Origin: an uncultured Desulfobacteraceae bacterium
Lineage (GTDB): Bacteria; Desulfobacterota; Desulfobacteria; Desulfobacterales; SKZT01
NCBI GenBank assembly: GCA_964478625.1
Contig: CAYZJH010000001.1
Coordinates: forward strand, 76,588-140,587
Reading direction: 5' to 3'
DNA: 64,000 bases
This document shows, in pieces, positions 28,556 to 38,699 of this stretch; the first letter of the stretch is position 1; each line of letters opens with the position of its first letter. The notes below the pieces were generated by a model, which was given only the letters and a program-made list of their open reading frames with translations, was not told the DNA's origin and searched no databases. The translations under genes were made by a program, and so were the position numbers.

Positions 28556-29323
28556 TCAATCGTTTTTTTTAATTGGTTCCCCGTTTTCTTCATCCTCATA
28601 TGGATTTTTACGGGCAAAAATCCGAGCACCAATAATGCTGACTTCATAAAGAATCATCAAAGGAAAAGCCATCATGATCTGGGTGATCACATCAGGCGGG
28701 GTCAAAACGGCTGCCCCGACAAAAAACAACAAAAGTGCATATTTACGGTTTTTCTTTAAAAACTCAACTGAAACCAAGCCTAACCTGGAAAAGAGTGTGA
28801 TAATCAATGGCAGTTCAAATACGACTCCAAAAGCAATCAGCAATTTGGATGCAAACGAAAAGTACTCTTTCATGGACGGAAGCGGTCGGATGAATTCAGT
28901 GGCAAAACCGAGAAAAAATTTAAAACCGAATGGAAAAACAATAAAATAACCAAAAAGGGCACCACCAATGAAAAAGAAAGAGCACAGAAATACCACGGGC
29001 AAAAGGATCATACGTTCTTTCTTATAGAGACCCGGGGCCACAAACTTCCAGAACTCATAAAGAATCACCGGAGATGCTGCCATGATTCCTGCAAGAAACG
29101 CCGTTTTCAGATAAACAAAAAAGGCTTCGGGAAGGTTTGTAAAAATCAGCTGATCACCTTCACCCATGACATCTGTGAGTGGTTTCATCAAAATTTCAAA
29201 AAGTTTTTCCTTGAAAAAATAGGCAACAAAAAAACATACACCAACAGCCACGAAACTGACGATCAATCTGCTTCGGAGTTCTTCCAGATGGGCGGTAAAG
29301 GGAGCTTTATCTTCCTCTTTCAT
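28556..29323 (-). CDS. tatC: Twin-arginine translocase subunit TatC.
   Basis: 255-aa ORF with an N-terminal HLEELRSRLI and six predicted TM segments. FVAPGLYKKER and LTPPDVITQ are TatC hallmarks. Confidence 0.9.
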   Translation of the reverse strand: MKEEDKAPFTAHLEELRSRLIVSFVAVGVCFFVAYFFKEKLFEILMKPLTDVMGEGDQLIFTNLPEAFFVYLKTAFLAGIMAASPVILYEFWKFVAPGLYKKERMILLPVVFLCSFFFIGGALFGYFIVFPFGFKFFLGFATEFIRPLPSMKEYFSFASKLLIAFGVVFELPLIITLFSRLGLVSVEFLKKNRKYALLLFFVGAAVLTPPDVITQIMMAFPLMILYEVSIIGARIFARKNPYEDEENGEPIKKND

Positions 29324-29329
29324 ATTTTG

Positions 29330-29761
29330 TTAAACCTTGGTCCGGTTTTCCGTCTTTTCATCTTTTGGTTCACTTAAATTTTCTTCCACCTCCTTTTCCG
29401 AAACAACCTGGGATTCCTGGTTTCCTTTCTCCGGCGGCTCGATATATGATTCTTTTTTTTCCCCGTGGTGCTCGTGTGAAACCGGCCCTCCTGAACCAAT
29501 TTCATTTAACTGACGTTTTTCATCTCCCAAATTTTGTGATCCACCTTTGTTTAAATCCTTGTTCAGGTTGTCAAATGACCTCTTGACATCTGAAAGCGGC
29601 TTATCGATCTCCAGCGAATCTTTTAGTTCGGATGTGGCCTTTTTAAACTCTCCCAATGCCTTTCCCAAGGCTTTAGCTAAATCAGGAAGCTTTTTCGGCC
29701 CGATGACAATCAGCGCAATGGCCATAATCAATAAAAACTCAGGCATACCAATGCCAAACAT
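29330..29761 (-). CDS. TatA/TatB-family twin-arginine translocase subunit (its length suggests TatB-like).
   Basis: 143-aa ORF. MFGIGMPEFLLIMAIALIVIGPKKLPDLAKALGKALGEFKKA is the canonical TatA/B TM plus amphipathic helix. The tail is acidic. It lies 6 nt upstream of tatC. Confidence 0.8.
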   Translation of the reverse strand: MFGIGMPEFLLIMAIALIVIGPKKLPDLAKALGKALGEFKKATSELKDSLEIDKPLSDVKRSFDNLNKDLNKGGSQNLGDEKRQLNEIGSGGPVSHEHHGEKKESYIEPPEKGNQESQVVSEKEVEENLSEPKDEKTENRTKV

Positions 29762-29911
29762 GGAAATACTCTCCGTTATGTTTCCAAATTTATTCTGTGC
29801 CGCAACCGATGCAGGTAAAAACGGCTGTATTTTTTAGTACTTGGTTTCATAAAAAGTGTCAACCGCATCCAGAAAAGCTCAGGACAAAGACACTATTGGA
29901 TTTGCCGGATT

Positions 29912-31192
29912 TTACCTGTTGTCAATGGGAATATAATCCCTTTTAACAGGACCGATATATATCTGCCTGGGACGTGCAATGCGCCAGTCAGGATCATTCA
30001 CACTCTCTCTCCATTGGGAAATCCATCCGGGCAAACGGCCTATGGCAAACATGACAGTAAACATATTGGTGGGAATTCCAATAGCCCTCAAAACAATCCC
30101 ACTGTAAAAATCAATATTAGGATAAAGATGCTTTTCAATAAAATAATCATCATTCAAGGCTATTTCCTCGAGTTCCATGGCAATATCCAGAAGGGGATCT
30201 TTGATTTTATATTTTTTCAAAACCTTATGGCACATTTCTTTCATGATTTTGGCCCTTGGATCATAGGTTTTGTAAACTCGATGTCCAAAACCCATGAGTC
30301 TAAATGGATTCTCTTTATCCTTTGCCATTTCCACAATTTTTTTGATGCTTTCCCCTTTTGAGTGAATCTGCTCTAACATTTCAATGACCTTTTGGTTCGC
30401 ACCCCCATGAAGAGGCCCCCAAAGCGCCGCGATACCTGCGGATATTGATGCATACAAATTGACTCTTCCACTTCCTACAACCCTGACAGCTGAAGTGGAA
30501 CAGTTTTGTTCATGATCTGCATGCAGAATCCAAAATACGCTCAGCGCCTGTACAAGATCTTCATCGATTTCATAGGGCCTAACAGGTGTATCAAACATCA
30601 TGTTTAGAAAGTTGGCGCAATAGGATAAGTCCGGGCGAGGATATACAACTTTGTGGCCCAAAGAAATCTTATAGGACATGGCCGCCATCGTTCTGATCTT
30701 GGACAACAATCTCGTTACCATAATATTGATTTCTTCTTCGGCCGTTTGCAACGCAGGATAAAAACTCCTTAACGCATTGACCATCGAGGATAGGATACCC
30801 ATGGGATGAGATGCTCTCGGAAAATTTTGATAAAATATTTGCATATCCTCATGAACGAGCGAGTGATCGTTTAACAGTACGGAAAACCGATTCAACTCTT
30901 TTCTTGAAGGAAGCTCACCGTTAATTAATAGATATGCTGTTTCTTTAAAAGTGGAGTGTTCCGCAAGTTGTTCAACAGGAATACCTCTGTACCGAAGAAT
31001 ACCTTCTTCGCCATCCATAAATGTAATTGAGCTGGTGCAGCTTCCTGTATTGGCAAACCCGGGGTCCATTGTTATAAAACCAGTCTTTTGACGCAATCTG
31101 GTAATGTCAATGGCTTTTTCACCTTCTGTGCCGCAAATCACGGGAAATTCATATTCTTTTCCCTCAATAATCATTTTAACAAATTCAGTCAT
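29912..31192 (-). CDS. gltA: Citrate synthase.
   Basis: 426-aa ORF. LHADHEQNCSTS, GPLHGGAN, GFGHRVYKTYDPRA and the DFYSG region are citrate synthase signatures. Confidence 0.9.
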   Translation of the reverse strand: MTEFVKMIIEGKEYEFPVICGTEGEKAIDITRLRQKTGFITMDPGFANTGSCTSSITFMDGEEGILRYRGIPVEQLAEHSTFKETAYLLINGELPSRKELNRFSVLLNDHSLVHEDMQIFYQNFPRASHPMGILSSMVNALRSFYPALQTAEEEINIMVTRLLSKIRTMAAMSYKISLGHKVVYPRPDLSYCANFLNMMFDTPVRPYEIDEDLVQALSVFWILHADHEQNCSTSAVRVVGSGRVNLYASISAGIAALWGPLHGGANQKVIEMLEQIHSKGESIKKIVEMAKDKENPFRLMGFGHRVYKTYDPRAKIMKEMCHKVLKKYKIKDPLLDIAMELEEIALNDDYFIEKHLYPNIDFYSGIVLRAIGIPTNMFTVMFAIGRLPGWISQWRESVNDPDWRIARPRQIYIGPVKRDYIPIDNR

Positions 31193-31570
31193 ATTTCCTC
31201 CAGTTGGGTATTACTTTTCCTCATTTCAGTCCGCAAATGATTTCATGTGCTAAAAGGAAAGTGGTCGTTTGAGCAGGACAAAAAAATGCACCAACATTTT
31301 CGGTTCCAAAGGCCTGTCAATTTCTGATATTGTGCAGTATAAGTTGCGTTTCATACACTAAAAAAGCCTTGCGGTCAACTGGAACATCAGTATATAGATA
31401 ATATCCATATCCCATGAGTGTCAGTGTTTTTTAAAAGACTCAAATTGTTTGCATAATTCTTTTCGACCATTGTCTAATGCTGATTCGGGCTGGTTCGGGC
31501 TGGCTTTGTTCAATCTTAAACATCTTTTATCTGTTGTTAAACAGCACAATCCATGGGACAGGAGGTAAAA

Positions 31571-32383
31571 ATGTCATTTAAAGAAAATTTGTTAAAAAAA
31601 ATCAAAATTGACAGACTAGTCGAGCACATAATTTCTACAATAGGCCCTATCGAAAGTGATAAAAAGGTAGACAAGCATGCCATGCGGGAACTACTTGAAC
31701 TGGGGCCCTATGAAATGCGAAAAGAAAGAGATCTCGAACTTTATATCAGACAAAATGATCCGGAAGATAAAAAACGGATTTTAGTTTTGGACAACGATCT
31801 TTCCATTTATCATACCCATGTGGAAGATGTAGCTTTGAGAAAAAGCCCAACCGTCAAAGAGATGGTAAGCATCAGAAACATCATTAAGATTTTAAATGAT
31901 AAAGATGTGGTTAAAAGTAAAAAAGAAGAGTCTGTGAAGATCATTCAAAAAGAGTGCATTGGACTGCTTAATCTTGATTATACGAAATCGGATATAGATC
32001 AAATCAAAGATGATGGGAAAGCGGCATTGGATTGGGATGACAAAGAGGGTGTAGAAGAAGCCCTGGAACTTTTTGCAGAACTTTTGGAATTTGTCCCCCC
32101 GCCAAAGGTTTTTAGAATTCCTGATTTTAAATTACTTGGAAAACTTCATGAAGGTGAAAAGGGTGAAAAATTATATGGGCCCATTATCTTATACAATCCC
32201 ATTAGAAAAGAACTGAAACTAATCGAAAAAAGAATTGGAAGTTATGACAAAGCAGGTATTGAAATGCTTCATCAAATTGCACAGGGAAATGAAAAGGCCG
32301 GTAAAGAAAAATTCGAGGTTTTTGATTATCTGAGTGCGCAGGTTTTCAAAAAACAAGGCCAAAATTATGGCAATATCATCTAA
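31571..32383 (+). CDS. Hypothetical protein, lysine/glutamate-rich, with no family I can name.
   Basis: The ORF track starts at 31553. I prefer the ATG at 31571, which lies 6 nt after AGGAGG. About 270 aa, with no TM segment and no recognisable motif. Confidence 0.55.
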   Translation: MSFKENLLKKIKIDRLVEHIISTIGPIESDKKVDKHAMRELLELGPYEMRKERDLELYIRQNDPEDKKRILVLDNDLSIYHTHVEDVALRKSPTVKEMVSIRNIIKILNDKDVVKSKKEESVKIIQKECIGLLNLDYTKSDIDQIKDDGKAALDWDDKEGVEEALELFAELLEFVPPPKVFRIPDFKLLGKLHEGEKGEKLYGPIILYNPIRKELKLIEKRIGSYDKAGIEMLHQIAQGNEKAGKEKFEVFDYLSAQVFKKQGQNYGNII

Positions 32384-34179
32384 TGAGCACCGGACGTTGA
32401 GGATTTTTTTGGAAACTGAATGCAGAACGTACTTCCTTTGCCGACCCTGCTTTCGACAGTTACTTTTCCATTATGGGCTTGAATAATATGTTTTACGATC
32501 GCAAGCCCAAGACCGGTTCCACCCAATTTCCTGCTTCTGGCTTTATCGACTCGATAAAAACGTTCGAACAGACGCGGAAGATGCTCCTCTTCAATACCAT
32601 ACCCGTGATCTCGAATACTAATTTGTACTACACCCGATTTCTCTTCGGCCTCAATTTCAATGCTGCTGCCCGGAGTACTGTATTTGATTGCATTGTCCAG
32701 TAAATTCACCACAGCCTGTTCCATAAGAGGAGAATCCATATCTGCGGAGAGTGAATCATCACAATTATACTCAATCCGTATTTTTTTTTCTTCGGCTTTT
32801 GTCTCCAGCACCTGAAGAGCAGTTCGAATGACATCGCCCACAAAAACATTCACCATTGAAATCTCTTTGCGATCGCTATCTCTTTCAATCCTCGAAAGAT
32901 TCAGAAGGTCCTCAATGATCGCTACCAAGCGATGCACATGCCGGTCAATAATAGATAGAAACCTTCTTGTGTCTTCAGGGGTTTTATCGGCATCTTGAAG
33001 AAGGGTTTCAACAAAGCCGAGGATTGCCGTCAAGGGAGTTTTAATTTCATGGGAAACATTAGCCACGAAATCCTGTCTCATATTTTCAAGACGTCTGAGG
33101 CGGGTCACATCATTTAATACGACCAAAATTCCAATACGCACCTCTTTTGCATCCCGCAAAGGGGTACTGTGGACATTTAAAACCCTTTCTTTATCCTGAT
33201 AAAAAATTATATCGCATTCCAGGGCCTCACCGTTTCTCAAGGCTTTTTTAGTAAACTTTTGAAGTTCCGAATTTCTGATTGCCTCCTGAATGCTTCTGTT
33301 TTCCATCTCCCACGGATCTTTGTTAAACATCGCTGCAGCAACTTGGTTTATTCTCAAGATACGTTCCTCGAGATCAAAGGCGATAACCCCCTCTTTCATA
33401 CTTGACAGCACTGCTTCCAGTTCATTTCGATGTTTAATAACGCTTTTCATCCTTTCATCGAGCTGTGTGGCCATTTGGTTCAGGGCAATTGCCAGGCTTG
33501 CCATTTCCTTGGTTTTCGGAATATACAAACGATGGCTTAGATCTCCTTTTGCAAAACGTTGCGCACCTTGCGTCATCTTCTCCAGCGGCATGCTGAGGCG
33601 ACGCGAGACAAAAAAACTGATTCCGGCAGCCAAAAACGTTACAAAAACACCGGCCATTATAATTTTAAATGTAATGGATTCAAAAGTTTTATCAATGACT
33701 GCCAAAGACATGGCAGTTCGAATTACGGCAATGATAGAATTTTCCTGTTTTACCGGAATAGCCACATACAGCATGCGCTCCTGCAAGGTAGTGCTGTGTC
33801 GGATTGCATCTCCCAAATGCCCACTTAACGCACTGAAAACCTCAGGGCGCTTTCCATGATTTTCCATCTTGTCAGGGTCTTCACCCGAGTCCCCTATTAC
33901 TTTTCCTGATGGAATAATCACGGTAATTCGAATGTCCGAATGGGTACCGATCTTTTTACAAAACTCGTTTATTTCATGAGGTTTTTCAAGGGAGAACTGG
34001 TTGGTGAGTATTTCTCTGAAAATTATTGCACGAGCTTGCAGTTCTTCTATTTTTTGATTGAGAAAAAAATCTTTCATGGCCATGGAGAAATACCAGCTCA
34101 CCGAGAGAAGGGCAAAAAGCGTTATAAAGAGATAAGAAGGATAAAGTCGCCATAAAAGCCGTTTCAGAGGTCTTTTCAT
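32380..34179 (-). CDS. PhoR-like sensor histidine kinase (2 TM, HAMP, PAS, HisKA, HATPase_c).
   Basis: 599-aa ORF. The H-box is FVANVSHEIKTPLTAI. The N/G boxes are NLLDNAIKYS, RDHGYGI and GGTGLGLAIVKH. It lies directly downstream of the OmpR-type regulator. Confidence 0.8.
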   Translation of the reverse strand: MKRPLKRLLWRLYPSYLFITLFALLSVSWYFSMAMKDFFLNQKIEELQARAIIFREILTNQFSLEKPHEINEFCKKIGTHSDIRITVIIPSGKVIGDSGEDPDKMENHGKRPEVFSALSGHLGDAIRHSTTLQERMLYVAIPVKQENSIIAVIRTAMSLAVIDKTFESITFKIIMAGVFVTFLAAGISFFVSRRLSMPLEKMTQGAQRFAKGDLSHRLYIPKTKEMASLAIALNQMATQLDERMKSVIKHRNELEAVLSSMKEGVIAFDLEERILRINQVAAAMFNKDPWEMENRSIQEAIRNSELQKFTKKALRNGEALECDIIFYQDKERVLNVHSTPLRDAKEVRIGILVVLNDVTRLRRLENMRQDFVANVSHEIKTPLTAILGFVETLLQDADKTPEDTRRFLSIIDRHVHRLVAIIEDLLNLSRIERDSDRKEISMVNVFVGDVIRTALQVLETKAEEKKIRIEYNCDDSLSADMDSPLMEQAVVNLLDNAIKYSTPGSSIEIEAEEKSGVVQISIRDHGYGIEEEHLPRLFERFYRVDKARSRKLGGTGLGLAIVKHIIQAHNGKVTVESRVGKGSTFCIQFPKKSSTSGAH

Positions 34180-34188
34180 TTTTTTATT

Positions 34189-34881
34189 TCAAGATCTTTC
34201 TTTGAAGCGATAACCCACGCCTCTGACCGTTTCGATATATTTGCCTGCATCGCCCAACTTTTTCCTGAGCCCTACAATTTGAACATCCACACTTCGGTCG
34301 GTGACAGCATAATTATCGCCTTTTGCCGCATCAACAATTTGTGACCGTGTAAAAACCCAACCCGGACGCTTGGCAAGAAAATGAAGAACCTGGAATTCCG
34401 TAAAAGTGAGTTCCACCGGAATTGCATTAACGGTGACTTCACGACGTTGAGGGTCAATCACGAAAGAATGAACACTCAGAGGCATACTTTCATCAGAAAT
34501 TTCTTCAGATTTTCTTCGTAAAACAGCTCTGATCCGTGCAATCAATATCTTTGGGCTGAAAGGTTTTGTTACATAATCATCGGCTCCAAGTTCGAGCCCT
34601 GAAACAATATCCGACTCGTCTCCCCTGGCGGAAAGCATGATAATGGGTATTGTCTTTGTTTTATCCTGTGATTTTAAAGCCCTCGTCACCTCAAGGCCGT
34701 CGATTCCCGGAAGCATGAGGTCCAAAATAATCATATCCGGTATTTCAGATTTAGCAACTTTAAGGGCTTTTTCACCGTTATTTGCTGTGAAAACCTTATA
34801 TCCTTCACGGGAAAGGTTAAAAGTTATCAGCTCTAAAATGTCTTCCTCATCATCAACAACAAGAATCTTTTCATTGGCCAT
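34189..34881 (-). CDS. OmpR/PhoB-family response regulator.
   Basis: 230-aa ORF. The receiver domain has VVDDEEDI, ILDLMLPGIDG and a lysine later. The C-terminal winged helix reads LTFTEFQVLHFL...IETVRGVGYRF. Confidence 0.85.
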   Translation of the reverse strand: MANEKILVVDDEEDILELITFNLSREGYKVFTANNGEKALKVAKSEIPDMIILDLMLPGIDGLEVTRALKSQDKTKTIPIIMLSARGDESDIVSGLELGADDYVTKPFSPKILIARIRAVLRRKSEEISDESMPLSVHSFVIDPQRREVTVNAIPVELTFTEFQVLHFLAKRPGWVFTRSQIVDAAKGDNYAVTDRSVDVQIVGLRKKLGDAGKYIETVRGVGYRFKERS

Positions 34882-35123
34882 GGGCTAAGCAACCTCTGCG
34901 GATAAAAAAAATAATCGATAATGTTTGGGATGAAAAAAGCTTTGGATAAACGATTATCTTTTTTTACAGGAATTTCCCCCTAAAGTCAAAGATTCTGGAA
35001 ATAATCAAAAATCAGGGAACATATTCATCACATCATGTCCCGTCTTTGGTTACAAATGGAATCCCAAGTGTCCAGCCGGTTTTCTTCTTGATAAAATGAT
35101 TGATTTTCTATAGATTATTGTCC

Positions 35124-35894
35124 ATGGGATATGTTTTTGATTTTAATGATGCCGTGGTTTGTGAAAAATGGCTATCAAATTTACACAACCGAGCCATCGC
35201 AGATTCACAATACCGGTTGATGCTGGATATGCTTAAAGCTCATCCGGGCCAATCCTTATTGGATATAGGCTGCGGAATCGGCAATGGACTGGTTTTCTGT
35301 CATGAAAAAGGACTTCAAGTTACCGGGATTGATCCATCGCCTTACATGCTGGATATAGCAGGAAAATACGTTGGCCATGGAGTCGAACTCTACCGAGGAA
35401 AAGCCGAAGACCTCCCTTTTGACGACAATTCGTTTAACTATGCAAGCCTAATAACCTGCCTCGAATTTGCAGATGACCCGCGAAAAGCACTGGAAGAAGC
35501 TTGCCGAGTAGCGAAAGACAAAGTTTTTATCGGCATTATCAACCGGTACGCATTAAGCAGAGTTAAAATACGAATCAAAGGACTTTTTACAGATACGGCT
35601 TATAATCATGGACATTTCTTAAGTATTTGGGATTTAAAAAAAATTGTTATTGATCTTCTTGGAGATGTTCCTTTTGAATGGAAAAGCACTCCCTTACACC
35701 CTGTGACAGCTGGTAAAATCAGAAATTATTGGAGAAATCTGAATGTGGTCAAAAAATGTCCTTTTGGCGCCTATATCATCATGACCGTCACCCTGTTACC
35801 TCGATTCAGAACCCGTCCTCTTGAACTGAAAATTTGTCCCAAACGAAGCACCGGAGTGGTACCCGGATTAACTTCGGATAAAAGCGGTACATAA
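35124..35894 (+). CDS. Class I SAM-dependent methyltransferase.
   Basis: The ORF track starts at TTG 35100; the ATG at 35124 is more plausible. Motif I is LLDIGCGIGNG, with a downstream acidic residue and the LPFDDNSFNY pattern. Confidence 0.75.
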   Translation: MGYVFDFNDAVVCEKWLSNLHNRAIADSQYRLMLDMLKAHPGQSLLDIGCGIGNGLVFCHEKGLQVTGIDPSPYMLDIAGKYVGHGVELYRGKAEDLPFDDNSFNYASLITCLEFADDPRKALEEACRVAKDKVFIGIINRYALSRVKIRIKGLFTDTAYNHGHFLSIWDLKKIVIDLLGDVPFEWKSTPLHPVTAGKIRNYWRNLNVVKKCPFGAYIIMTVTLLPRFRTRPLELKICPKRSTGVVPGLTSDKSGT

Positions 35895-36013
35895 TAGCTC
35901 TTTAATCGCTACATGAATAAAAAATTGGCGCATCCCTTAATGCATGATCTGTAATCCAAAGGACACGCCCATTTTTTCAAATTTAAAAATACCGCAAACC
36001 AATTTATGGAATT

Positions 36014-36229
36014 TTATGAAGCACTTGTTGACTTGAACGGTCTTAAATTCACCGCCTGCTTTCCCTTCGATGTTTCTCTGATTTCAAAAACAACACGGTC
36101 ATTGGACTGGAGTCCGAAATATCCGAATTCTTTTATCCCGGAATTATGAAGAAAAATATCTCCGAATTCTTCAGTAGTTACAAATCCATAACCTTTCTTT
36201 TCACTATACCATTTGATATGACCTTCCAC
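36014..36229 (-). CDS. Cold-shock domain protein (CspA family).
   Basis: 71-aa ORF. GHIKWYSEKKGYGFV is RNP-1-like and DIFLHNS is RNP-2-like. A noncoding leader of about 260 nt lies upstream. Confidence 0.9.
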   Translation of the reverse strand: MEGHIKWYSEKKGYGFVTTEEFGDIFLHNSGIKEFGYFGLQSNDRVVFEIRETSKGKQAVNLRPFKSTSAS

Positions 36230-36491
36230 CAGTAACTTTTCCTTTCCGTTGTTTTTTACAAATGCTCAACACACCAACCGGATACTGAATCAAAAATAAT
36301 GGCATATGACAGATTTATCAGGTGAGCCGTGAAGAAACAGTGTAAAATTAATCCCTAAAAAATTTAAATTATTCCTTTTTTGGTGAAATGTCAAACATGG
36401 AAAAAATTTCAACCATAATATTCATTTAAGATGGTTCCAGAGCCTCCATGTTTAAAAAATTGTTCCGATAAAAACCGGCTTTAGAGATTCG

Positions 36492-37718
36492 CTACATGGC
36501 ATCCTTATCACTTGCTTCAATGGCTTTATCTATTTCCGCTTTTAACTGAGGCGGCAAATCGGGAATATCCAGATTAAGAAATCCTTGTATGATTGTGGAT
36601 ACGGCCTCGTCTTCAGTCAGTCCTCGGGACATGAGATAAAGAATTTCTTCTTGGGCAATTTTTCCCACCGCAGCTTCATGAGACATTTCAACACCATCGG
36701 TATGCCCCTCCAACTCAGGTATGGCATGAATCTTACCACCGTTTAAAATAAGCCCTTTACATTCCAGATGAGCCTTCACTCCCGGAACCTCACCGACCAG
36801 GTGACCCCGGGCAATAATATTTCCGCCATTACTAATTGTTCGGGCAATAATTTCAGCCCGTGTACCCGGTTTTTTCAGAAAAACCCTGCCTCCGATGTCA
36901 TATTCACTGTCCGGTGCGCCGACGATTATGCTGTAGAATCGGGCTATAGAATTTTCTCCAACCAGGTGGGTCGTTGGATACATTTGTAGTGATTTCACCG
37001 GTTTCATGCAAATATAATTATTAAGAAAAAGTCCCCCTTCTTCAACCCGGGCTACGCTTCGCGGACGAACCAGCATGTCTTCGGCCCAGTTATGAATCAT
37101 TGTAAATGACACCTTTGCGTTTTTTTTGATGAAAAATTCCGAAATACCGATATGGAGGCCTTTCATCAGGTGGGGAGAAGTCGCACAACCGGTGATGATA
37201 TGCAATTCCGAGTCTTCTTCTGCGATAATAATATTATGGACAACCTGTTGCAGGCCCTCCTTGTCAATATAAAGGCAGGCCTGGATCGGGTAAATACTTT
37301 TTTTTCCGGGAAGTGCGCGGATTACATAACCATCCTGGAGATTCAACTCTGCAGTCGCCGTGTATTTGTCGGTATCCACAGAGGCCAGTTTCCAGTAATA
37401 ATCCTCGATCCAATCGTATTTTTCAAGGGCTTTCCTTATGGGGATAACTTCTATACCATCCTGTTTTGTTTTACAGTGAATAACCTGACTATCTTTTTGA
37501 AAAAATGTCCCTCCGCGGTCCTTTTCCGTTAAATCCAATCCGGACATGATCAATCGCTCTTGTTCTTCCTTGGGAATCGACAGGAGTTCATTATCCGACA
37601 AATATTTGTGGGGTATATCGGATGTGTCGAAGTCTTCCAGATGAATATCCGGTCCTAAAACCGCCGATTTTTTTATTGCTTCTTTTGCTTTTTTTTTTAA
37701 TTCCTCCCGATTACGCAT
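36492..37718 (-). CDS. SufB/SufD-family Fe-S cluster assembly scaffold protein.
   Basis: The ORF track gives 37754. I prefer the ATG at 37718, which lies 8 nt after AAGGAG and yields MRNREELKKK. A SufBD-type beta-helix region and the C-terminal SHEAAVGKIAQEEILYLMSRGL are typical. Confidence 0.8.
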   Translation of the reverse strand: MRNREELKKKAKEAIKKSAVLGPDIHLEDFDTSDIPHKYLSDNELLSIPKEEQERLIMSGLDLTEKDRGGTFFQKDSQVIHCKTKQDGIEVIPIRKALEKYDWIEDYYWKLASVDTDKYTATAELNLQDGYVIRALPGKKSIYPIQACLYIDKEGLQQVVHNIIIAEEDSELHIITGCATSPHLMKGLHIGISEFFIKKNAKVSFTMIHNWAEDMLVRPRSVARVEEGGLFLNNYICMKPVKSLQMYPTTHLVGENSIARFYSIIVGAPDSEYDIGGRVFLKKPGTRAEIIARTISNGGNIIARGHLVGEVPGVKAHLECKGLILNGGKIHAIPELEGHTDGVEMSHEAAVGKIAQEEILYLMSRGLTEDEAVSTIIQGFLNLDIPDLPPQLKAEIDKAIEASDKDAM

Positions 37719-38461
37719 CTCACACACTCCTTGTATCCCATTTGGCCTATGCATTCTAAAATTTCACGAGGGTTGGTCGTGCAGCTTAATACTCCATCAT
37801 AAAGAACCTGACCTTTATCGGCGGTAACATAATCAAGAATATACCCCGTATGAGTAATAATCAGTCCCATTTTGGTACGAGCCTGCTTTTGTTTAATTAC
37901 CGGTTTATAATTTTCAGGATGAATTTGCTTTTCCAGAAGATCTGCTATGCTGTTGCCAACAAGAGAAATATTTTCAAGATCCACGCCCGATTCAGGTTCA
38001 TCGAACAGCATCAAATCGGCATTTTGTGCCATAAGCTGCAAAAGCTCGGACCGTTTTATTTCACCGCCGGAAAATCCGGCATTCACATCTCTGTCCAGAA
38101 AATTCAGAAAATCAACTCGATCGGCCAATTCTTCAACCTTAACTTCTTTTCCGGCGCAGATATTGACCATTTGACGGGTTTTTAACCCGTTAATGGTCGG
38201 AGGTCTCTGGTAAGACATACCGATTCCCAGCCTGGCGCGTTCATTGATGGGCATATGGGTGATTTCTTCACCCTTAAAGTACATTTTACCACCAATCACC
38301 TTGTATTGAGGATATCCCATGATCGTCATCAAAAGTGAGGTTTTACCCGAACCATTGGGGCCGAACAAAACATGGGTTTCACCAGGTTTTATTTCCAGAT
38401 CAATGTGTTTAAGGATGACATTACCCTCCAACTCCACCTGCAGATCTTCAATTTGCAGCAT
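37697..38461 (-). CDS. sufC: Fe-S cluster assembly ATPase SufC.
   Basis: 254-aa ORF with Walker A GPNGSGKTSL, the ABC signature FSGGEIKR and Walker B LMLFDEPESG. It overlaps the sufB/D start by 22 nt. Confidence 0.9.
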   Translation of the reverse strand: MLQIEDLQVELEGNVILKHIDLEIKPGETHVLFGPNGSGKTSLLMTIMGYPQYKVIGGKMYFKGEEITHMPINERARLGIGMSYQRPPTINGLKTRQMVNICAGKEVKVEELADRVDFLNFLDRDVNAGFSGGEIKRSELLQLMAQNADLMLFDEPESGVDLENISLVGNSIADLLEKQIHPENYKPVIKQKQARTKMGLIITHTGYILDYVTADKGQVLYDGVLSCTTNPREILECIGQMGYKECVRCVIGRN

Positions 38462-38699
38462 AAACTCCTCCTGTGCGAATTCACTTTAAGATCGCACTGA
38501 TAAATGATGTTCTCTTAACCATCTTATCCCTTTAATTTCACGGTTCTCATATTTCCAGGCTAAAAATCTAACCATCACCTTCACATATTCAAGCTCCCAA
38601 AACAGATTCTTCTTACCTAACCCTTCAGCAGACATCAACCATTCACCAGATTGACACCCAAACTTAAAGTCAGGGTTAAAAGGTGCTTCAGATCCGTCG

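Noticed and set aside
31481-31510. Short tandem GGTTCGGGCT-like duplication upstream of the 31571 gene.
   Set aside because: It consists of two imperfect ~10-nt copies only, with no array structure. It is not CRISPR-like.
37719-37754. Longer SufB/D start (ATG 37754) given by the ORF track.
   Set aside because: It would overlap sufC by 58 nt and add a non-conserved MHRPNGIQGVCE. The internal ATG at 37718 has an AAGGAG RBS at ideal spacing.
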